From contig JAHDBH010000003.1 of assembly GCA_020630495.1 (NCBI GenBank), forward strand, positions 11,059 to 75,058: 64,000 bases of DNA, in the 5' to 3' direction. Source of the stretch: Saprospiraceae bacterium. Lineage in GTDB: Bacteria; Bacteroidota; Bacteroidia; Chitinophagales; Saprospiraceae. The position numbers and the translations under genes are program-made. The notes beneath the pieces are model-generated. The model had not been told where the DNA came from. It saw nothing but the letters and a program-made list of their open reading frames with translations, and searched no databases. Below, one piece after another: positions 57,709 to 64,000 of this stretch; the stretch's first letter is position 1, and each line of letters opens with the position of its first letter.

Positions 57709-58796
57709 ATGAACCAGCCACACACTACGCACAAGGGTAGAGGAGCACAGATCAACACGCCCAACCCCTATGACAGTATCGTAAGAGAATCTGAAGTCAG
57801 AGTACTTGATGATGACAAACTGCGGACACAGTTTCTCCGCTCTAGTCCCAAGACCATCATCAATGATGTCAATAGTCCAGACCTGAGCTTCAGCCACTCC
57901 ATCAATCCCTATCAGGGATGTGAGCACGGCTGCGTATACTGCTATGCGCGAAACACACACATACCTACTGGGGCTATAGCGCTGGGCTAGACTTTGAGAG
58001 TAAAATCATCGTCAAGAAGGATGCAGCCAAGTTGCTCGATAAAAAACTCTCTAGCAAGTCATGGAAAGCCAGCCCCATCATGCTCTCTGGCAATACAGAT
58101 CCTTATCAACCCGCAGAGAAAGAATATGAAATCACCAGGAGCTTACTTGAAGTCTTCTGGAAACACAGACATCCCTTACAGATCATCACCAAAAATGCCC
58201 TCATACTCAGAGATCTAGACATTCTCTCCTCCATGGCAGAGCTCGGACTCGTACGCGTAGCCATATCTCTTACCACCATGGATGAGGAACTCAGAAGAAT
58301 CATGGAGCCAAGGACAGCCAGCGGCAAACTGCGTCTACGTACTATCCAGACACTATCAAGTGCTGGGGTGCCTGTCACTGTCATGCTTGCACCTATCATC
58401 CCAGGTCTCAACGATACCGAGCTCATGGATATGGCAAAGCGAGCATCTCAAGCTGGTGCACTATCTATGAATCATACAATCGTAAGGCTCAATGGCCAGG
58501 TCGCAGATGTCTTTACCGACTGGATCCGCAAGACACTGCCTCTCAGAGCTGACAGAATCATCAGCCAGATCAAGTCCTGCCACGAAGGCCAACTCAAGGA
58601 TAGCCGATTTGGTCAACGTCAAAAAGGTACTGGCAAGATAGCTGACATGATCAAGCAACAAGCCAAGTTGGCCAAGCTGATGTACTTCAAAGGAAAGAAG
58701 ATGCCCGTGCTGGAAGTACAACATTACCAAGCACGAAAGAACCCACAACTCTCACTTTTCAGCGAAGATCAAATGGCCCTAGCCCATACTGGATAG
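57709..58796 (+). pseudogene. PA0069/SplB-like radical-SAM protein, frameshifted within an (AC)n tract
   Basis: ORF 57709-57990 carries KGRGA...NPYQGCEHGCVYCYARNTH (CxxxCxxC). The protein continues in the -1 frame as TYWGYSAGLDFESKIIVKKDAAKLLDKKL...NTDPYQP through to 58796. The frame break is at acacacaca, 57953-57961. Confidence 0.8.
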
Positions 58797-58818
58797 TCGC
58801 TATCCATCCAGATCATTG

Positions 58819-59226
58819 AACCTAATGCATGCACTAGGCTTCGATGGATAGGGGCTTTATGCGATAGAATCAGGTGCCCACCGGAGGTCGGCAGGCTTGG
58901 CCGACGAGGCATAGCGGGCTATTGCGAGGAGGGCAAGCCTGCCTGACGGCAGGCAGGTGGCTGATTATGAAGCCTGCCTGCAGGCAGGCAGAAAGACGCT
59001 AGGCGCGTAGTCCCTCAACTGATATATATAAGACGAATAAATCTGAATTAATCCAATATCTGTATGTAAGCAAAACTTACGCACACACAAATCAAACTTA
59101 TTCACATAAGCCATTGACTACCTGTTGCTTATCCCTAGAAGTGGTTCAATCATAAATTCCTAATGCATGAATTGGGTTACACCAAGGAATAATCCCATCA
59201 AAAATTCCTAATGCACGAAATGGGTT
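58819..59226 (-). repeat. MITE-like element, copy B (inverted relative to copy A), with a duplicated terminal repeat and GC-rich palindromes
   Basis: Terminal motifs are aacctaatgcatgcactagg (58819-58838), cctaatgcatgaattgggtt (59159-59178) and cctaatgcacgaaatgggtt (59207-59226). Internal blocks shared with copy A include ctcctcgc.atagc.cgctatgcctc.tc and agcccctatccatcgaagccta. Confidence 0.55.
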
Positions 59227-59448
59227 GAAGTGGAATTTTTTAAATCTTCCATCGAATAGGGACTTTATCTTATGACAGCAGCCATTTTATTTTATGACAG
59301 CAACCATGGCCAACTAGTCTGATTCTTCTCATACGGTGTCCAGATAATATCTCGACCAAGACACCCACATCGGTTTGCGATGCATTATTTAACTATTGGC
59401 AAATTTTAGGGATCATAGGAGAGCAGACATTGACAACTGCAGACGATA

Positions 59449-62223
59449 CTATAATCGAATGAACTTGCCGCGATAATTTTCTGAGCCGCTGTTGATGTTG
59501 TAATAATATACACCTGGAATTAACTCCTCCGTAGACACCCGAAGTTTGTCACTGGCAACTTGCAGATCTGTACCCTGGAGTTGAATCTGTTTTCCTGCTG
59601 TGTTATATAAAGAAAATGTCCACTCTGGATCTAGGTCCTGCTGAAATAAAAAGTCGATGATCGTGGAGGTAGGATTGGGGAATACAATTAGCTCAGCAAC
59701 TTGCATCCGACGTATATCTACTACGTTGCTGTAGCTCACTAATCCATTTGTGCTGATGGCTTTGATAAAATAGCTATACTGTGTCAGATCCGTGACGGAT
59801 GGAGCTAGATCAATATCTGTATAGCTCATATCAGCAGCAGTAAGCCTTTCTAGCATATCCCAAGATGAATTATCTGTCATACGCCATATCTCATAGTACT
59901 CTACGCGATCAGCAGGATCGCTATGTGTCCAGCGGAGGGAATTCATCGAGCCAAAATTGTCGACTGCTAGGATCAAGTCTGTCAGGTAGGTTTCGCACTG
60001 CGGATAAATTCGTACTACGTCTGTAGAACTGAGTCCCTGCGGATCAGTGACTTTCACTTCATACCGATACCAGAAAGTCTCCAGTTGGCAACCAGCGGTA
60101 AAGCTTGGCTGCACTACGGGACTGACGTCTGTAACCGATGGATCTTTATGAAAATGGGTATTGTGATGAAAGAAAGTCGTCCACTCTACAATGAGATCTT
60201 CGTTATCGGTTTCATTATCTGAGATTACGGCTTCTAGATGAAAATAATTTTCCTGGTCATTACTGTATGTACTGCCATCCAGTGGTGCGACAATATGTAC
60301 TTCAGGAGGAGAATTATTAATAGATACGATTGCCTGCGCCTCATTTTCCAGTCCAGAGCTATCGATCACTGTGAGAAGAACAGTGTAGCTGATCGGAGCA
60401 GAGGAGGAGCTTGTGAATGTATGACTTACTATGACACCTGTATCTCTCTGGCCGTCACCAAAATCCCAGAAATACTCTAGCGGTTTATCGAATGGATGAT
60501 ACGATCCAGAGGCATCAAAATCTATTTGCAAACCACTGGGACCAAAACTCTCGGCTGGTGTCAAGACTGCCACAGGCGGCACATCACCGCCATAGCTGAT
60601 TTTCATAATCGTATCACTAAAGGGACTGGTGTAATACATAGCCTCGGACACAGGATTAAATGACACTGACGACGGATCACGCGCATCTGTATGAAAGCTA
60701 TCGATAGCGGTCACTACAAAGTCATCATCTAGCTCTACACGTATGATCCACCCTGCGTAGTCGCAGATGAATATATTATTTTGATATTCATCTGGGTAAA
60801 GTTCTCCTGTGTATACAAAGCCCGGCAAGCAAGAGTATCCAGCCATAGGGTAGCCATCGACGGTGCACTCAGGATCAGTGATGGACACTCCTGCCCATCT
60901 GCCCGCATAGTCCCATCCAGGCACGATGGTCTTGGCAGGAGGATTCCAATTGAGATTAGCATAGTTAAATGCTGGGCTATGATGTATATAGGTGTAGAGA
61001 GAGTCTATCTCTACACTGCGGTCGCATGGATTAGTAAAGCGAGGTGGACCTGACTGATAAGTAAAGTCTATCAAGTCCATGTAGTGAAAATATTGCTGGT
61101 CACAGATATCACCGTCATAGAGTGGGTTTTCATAAGCGGTGTTAAGTGTATCAAATCCACGCAAAAAAGCGCCGTATCCCTGACCCTCAAATATTGGCCA
61201 GCCACAGTTGGCTCCAGGCTCTTTGATGACGTTAAATTCTTCAAATTGAAAGCTGCCTACATCTCCAGCGACGATCACGCCAGGATTACCCATTTCTACA
61301 TTATGATCACCTGTACCCGGAATGACAAACAGCCTGAAGGGATTGCGGAAACCTAGCGCGTAGATTTTACTCCGCCATGTACCTGGACTAGCTGCATCAT
61401 ACCACTTATTACCTGGTAGGCCATCACCAGTAAATGGATCAATGCGCAGGATCTTTCCATTAGGAGAATCGAGGTACTGTGATCTCCAAGCACCGATATT
61501 TTGATCATCGGTGAGTATACCATCATCTAGAGCTGACTGATACCATGTCTCTGGGGCTGAGCCTACATCTTTTGATTCAAAGCTCGCGGCATCACCAGCG
61601 GACAACAGCATACTGCCATCCTCACCAAAGGCTATCGTCCCTGTGCCGTGAGATATCATAAGTATGGGAATACCATCACTAGCCGTGGCCCCGAGCAGCA
61701 CTTCCCGACTATCCGGCACGACTGTCGTAAAACCAGTGGACTCGTCCAAAGTATATCGTGTAACTCGACCTATAGTCGCCTCATCAGTAATTGTAGCTGA
61801 CGGATCGTAATCATCTGTGCCATAATACAATAGATGATGCTTGTCCACTGGATAGTAGAGGTAAATGCTACCGTCTACAAGAAAATTAGGACTCAGAGCG
61901 ATGGATCCTAGCCCGTGATCACCTCTGACCAATACCTCTTCTGAGATATCCAAGACTGGCTCCGCAGCTATGTTGCCGTCCCTATCCATGGGATAGACCA
62001 TGCCTAGCTTGGAGTAGACATATCCGTGACCTCTCTCATCGAACACCATACCTAGCGGCTGACTGACGCTATGACTCAAAAGCTGCTGGCTGAATGACTC
62101 TGGCAACTGACCGTGCAGATAGGAAAATACGAGGGTGCTCAAGGCAAAAAACAAGAAGAGTAGGGTACTTACCCGAAGATTTGTCATAAGACAAAAGTAG
62201 AACATAAGACTATGGGGATTCAC
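59449..62223 (-). CDS. Secreted PQQ-dependent sugar dehydrogenase (SGDH)-like beta-propeller protein with a PKD domain and T9SS tail
   Basis: GFRNPFRL motif, PKD signature FDASGSYHP....YFWDFGDG, and C-terminal LIVFPNPTSTIIDF...YYYNI...GKFIRL. Confidence 0.7.
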   Translation of the reverse strand: MNPHSLMFYFCLMTNLRVSTLLFLFFALSTLVFSYLHGQLPESFSQQLLSHSVSQPLGMVFDERGHGYVYSKLGMVYPMDRDGNIAAEPVLDISEEVLVRGDHGLGSIALSPNFLVDGSIYLYYPVDKHHLLYYGTDDYDPSATITDEATIGRVTRYTLDESTGFTTVVPDSREVLLGATASDGIPILMISHGTGTIAFGEDGSMLLSAGDAASFESKDVGSAPETWYQSALDDGILTDDQNIGAWRSQYLDSPNGKILRIDPFTGDGLPGNKWYDAASPGTWRSKIYALGFRNPFRLFVIPGTGDHNVEMGNPGVIVAGDVGSFQFEEFNVIKEPGANCGWPIFEGQGYGAFLRGFDTLNTAYENPLYDGDICDQQYFHYMDLIDFTYQSGPPRFTNPCDRSVEIDSLYTYIHHSPAFNYANLNWNPPAKTIVPGWDYAGRWAGVSITDPECTVDGYPMAGYSCLPGFVYTGELYPDEYQNNIFICDYAGWIIRVELDDDFVVTAIDSFHTDARDPSSVSFNPVSEAMYYTSPFSDTIMKISYGGDVPPVAVLTPAESFGPSGLQIDFDASGSYHPFDKPLEYFWDFGDGQRDTGVIVSHTFTSSSSAPISYTVLLTVIDSSGLENEAQAIVSINNSPPEVHIVAPLDGSTYSNDQENYFHLEAVISDNETDNEDLIVEWTTFFHHNTHFHKDPSVTDVSPVVQPSFTAGCQLETFWYRYEVKVTDPQGLSSTDVVRIYPQCETYLTDLILAVDNFGSMNSLRWTHSDPADRVEYYEIWRMTDNSSWDMLERLTAADMSYTDIDLAPSVTDLTQYSYFIKAISTNGLVSYSNVVDIRRMQVAELIVFPNPTSTIIDFLFQQDLDPEWTFSLYNTAGKQIQLQGTDLQVASDKLRVSTEELIPGVYYYNINSGSENYRGKFIRL

Positions 62224-62259
62224 TTACCTAATGACTTCTCCAAGACTGAGCCGTCACTG

Positions 62260-63243
62260 CTACTGGCCCTGAACTACCTCCTTGATAAATCTAATGGACT
62301 CCGCTATAGGATAATCGACATCTTGACTGAAAAAGCGATTGTGCATACCATGATTGCCACATCTAGTGCAATTGACTAGCCGCTTTAGGCTTTCCTCGGT
62401 ACCTAGCTGAGAGTACATTTCTTCAATGCGCTCCACGCTGACCACCTCGTCTTGCTCCTCGGCAGAAGCATTGTAATACGCCACCATGACCGGCTCATCA
62501 ATCTTCTCAAAGGTTTCTGAATTCATGTAGTCGTTGAGCATTTTCTTTAGTTCAACCAGGGATTCGAGTCGATAAGATGTGTACCAGTATTTCTGTACTT
62601 CCTCTGGAGCATCCCAAGCGCGATTCTTTCCACCGACCACTTTGCGTGCTATTTGTAGACCCCAAGGCATGGGCAGGAGAGCAGAACTCGGGTCTTTGAT
62701 GTCTATGTTGGGACTGTACATAAGCTGAGCATCTATATCGTCATCTTCCATGCTGGCTATGAGCGCAGCTGTACTTCCAGTGCTACAGCTAAGAACAATT
62801 ACCGTATCACCAAGCGACTTGGCGATGGCGATGGCATCTTTTGCGGAGTTAACATAATCTTCTCGGTTAAAATCTAGCATGAGCGTATCGCCCTGTAATC
62901 CATGAGCGTGGAGGCGTGCCAGGTAGAGATTTGCACGAAAGTGCTCTGCGAGTGATCTGTGAAGGGGATCTCCCTCCATATGGGATGCACCCATACCATG
63001 CAGATAGACCATGGCGATGCCTGTCCGCTGACCGATAGAATCGTACCACTGTATGTGAGCATGATTATCAGGCTTGATATCATAAGCTGCCTCATGGTCA
63101 GACACATAGCTATCTGCTTGTGCTGCGGTAATGGCGAGCGCAGACGGTGAAGTATCAAGCTGCACGGTCCTGGCTCTCGGACCCACAAGGTACAGGACTA
63201 TCAGCGTACATAGAATGATGACCAACCACTTAAGAAATCTCAT
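62260..63243 (-). CDS. Alpha/beta-hydrolase fold protein (membrane-anchored or secreted)
   Basis: N-terminal TM/signal, an HG oxyanion-like YLHGMGAS and a nucleophile elbow-like VLSCSTGST. The family is not resolved. Confidence 0.6.
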   Translation of the reverse strand: MRFLKWLVIILCTLIVLYLVGPRARTVQLDTSPSALAITAAQADSYVSDHEAAYDIKPDNHAHIQWYDSIGQRTGIAMVYLHGMGASHMEGDPLHRSLAEHFRANLYLARLHAHGLQGDTLMLDFNREDYVNSAKDAIAIAKSLGDTVIVLSCSTGSTAALIASMEDDDIDAQLMYSPNIDIKDPSSALLPMPWGLQIARKVVGGKNRAWDAPEEVQKYWYTSYRLESLVELKKMLNDYMNSETFEKIDEPVMVAYYNASAEEQDEVVSVERIEEMYSQLGTEESLKRLVNCTRCGNHGMHNRFFSQDVDYPIAESIRFIKEVVQGQ

Positions 63244-63276
63244 ATCTTTCCTATAATTAATATTATGTTAACTTGA

Positions 63277-63810
63277 TTATCGTTTCCACTCACGCAGATA
63301 GCGAGCATAGATCTTGGCGGTGTAGTAAGCGTCTGGCAAAGCTCTGTGCATCTCACCTTCCCATTCGCCAAATTCTCTCTCGACAGCACGCTGCAGACTC
63401 TTGCTACTTTGATATCCTTTGAGTAATCTATAGGACCTTTTCAAATCGAGATAATTATCAATCCACGAGGAATCCACATCATGAAGCCTACAATCGGCCT
63501 GTATGATCGTACGGTCATATTTTCCCCAAGCTATGATCAACTCTGGATCATCCATCCACTCTACAAAGTCTGCACTTACACTTGACCATGGTCGCGCACT
63601 GTCTATAGCTTCCTGCTCTATGCCGGTGAGCTGCTTACAGTACATACTTAAACTAGGTGTGAGAATCGGCTGTACATACTGTACGTACTCATCTACGATA
63701 TCGCCGAACGCATCAAGCTTATATGCACCTATTTCTATGATTTCTCGCTGATCAGCAAGAGGTGCCCCATCCCAGCAAGTCGTCTCAAGATCTAGTACAA
63801 TATAATTCAC
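63277..63810 (-). CDS. DEDDh 3'-5' exonuclease (KapD/ERI-1-like)
   Basis: YIVLDLETTC (Exo I), WGKYD (Exo II) and HRALPDAYYTAKIY (Exo III, H-x4-D). Confidence 0.8.
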   Translation of the reverse strand: MNYIVLDLETTCWDGAPLADQREIIEIGAYKLDAFGDIVDEYVQYVQPILTPSLSMYCKQLTGIEQEAIDSARPWSSVSADFVEWMDDPELIIAWGKYDRTIIQADCRLHDVDSSWIDNYLDLKRSYRLLKGYQSSKSLQRAVEREFGEWEGEMHRALPDAYYTAKIYARYLREWKR

Positions 63811-63998
63811 GCTTTTCTACTTTGTAGCAGCTCCTTGATATCTTCTAGCTGCTGAGATAGCTGATCGACTTTCTGCTCTAGGGCTTCATTGTTGTCCGAT
63901 GTCATTTCATCTACGAAGATTGCATTGGCAAGAGACATACCGAATACCCCACCGAGCAATACGATGATTACAAAGTAGACTTTACTCATTTCACTCAT
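63807..63998 (-). CDS. Hypothetical small membrane-anchored coiled-coil protein
   Basis: 63-aa ORF with one TM (VYFVIIVLLGGVFGMSLANAIF) and a helical tail. A 4-nt overlap with the exonuclease gene suggests co-translation. Confidence 0.4.
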   Translation of the reverse strand: MSEMSKVYFVIIVLLGGVFGMSLANAIFVDEMTSDNNEALEQKVDQLSQQLEDIKELLQSRKA

Positions 63999-64000
63999 CC

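Noticed and set aside
59143-59151. ggttcaatc, a T-loop-like string suggesting a tRNA
   Set aside because: There is no complementary T-stem, acceptor stem or anticodon arm in the flanking roughly 80 nt, and it lies inside the MITE-like repeat.
24078-59226. The two inverted element copies as boundaries of a 35-kb invertible or mobile segment
   Set aside because: The copies are only roughly 65-75 percent identical by eye, which is too diverged for efficient homologous inversion. The enclosed genes are ordinary housekeeping genes with no integrase or recombinase.
1-64000. A search by eye for CRISPR arrays, rRNA/tRNA genes, integrases, transposases, toxin-antitoxin pairs or known defence-system signatures
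   Set aside because: I found no regularly spaced direct repeats, no rRNA/tRNA-like conserved blocks and no recombinase or defence-type motifs in any translated ORF. Short or highly diverged elements could have been missed without software.

Overview
This 64-kb window looks like mostly chromosomal backbone from a Bacteroidota genome. That placement rests on three cargo proteins with C-terminal T9SS sorting tails, gldC, a TonB-receptor/DUF4249 pair, TAnnTTTG-type -7 boxes and OmpA proteins carrying thrombospondin type-3 repeats. All product calls come from motif reading of the supplied translations; no searches were run. Most genes are housekeeping: rimO 3' end, msrB, ribH, pdhA, recF, a recQ-like helicase, xseAB, sucC, ald, a transaldolase-family aldolase, fmt, glutamate dehydrogenase, Lrp and ccmBC.

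The most interesting locus is 51.6-58.8 kb, which appears to be a damage-inducible cassette. It encodes a CI/XRE-HTH + S24 peptidase repressor (non-canonical LexA type), an SRAP/YedK-like peptidase, a DnaE2-type polymerase and a catalytically intact DinB-type Y-family polymerase whose start overlaps the dnaE2 stop. A PA0069/SplB-like radical-SAM gene follows and is broken by a frameshift inside an (AC)n tract. The two promoter regions of this locus share an AT-rich motif that could be the repressor's operator.

Features absent from the ORF track:
- a small SRP RNA (ffs) at about 24412-24509
- a 49-aa CcmD-like ORF whose stop overlaps the gdh start
- two diverged, oppositely oriented copies of a roughly 300-400 bp MITE-like element with 20-bp terminal inverted repeats (24078-24383 and 58819-59226); the second carries GC-rich palindromes

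Other notable genes are a 1243-aa T9SS adhesin combining HYR modules with two eukaryote-like C-type lectin domains, an exported MsrB lipoprotein abutting a TlpA-like thioredoxin, and tandem OmpA/TSP3 paralogues. I saw no CRISPR array, rRNA, tRNA, prophage, transposase or recognisable defence island.
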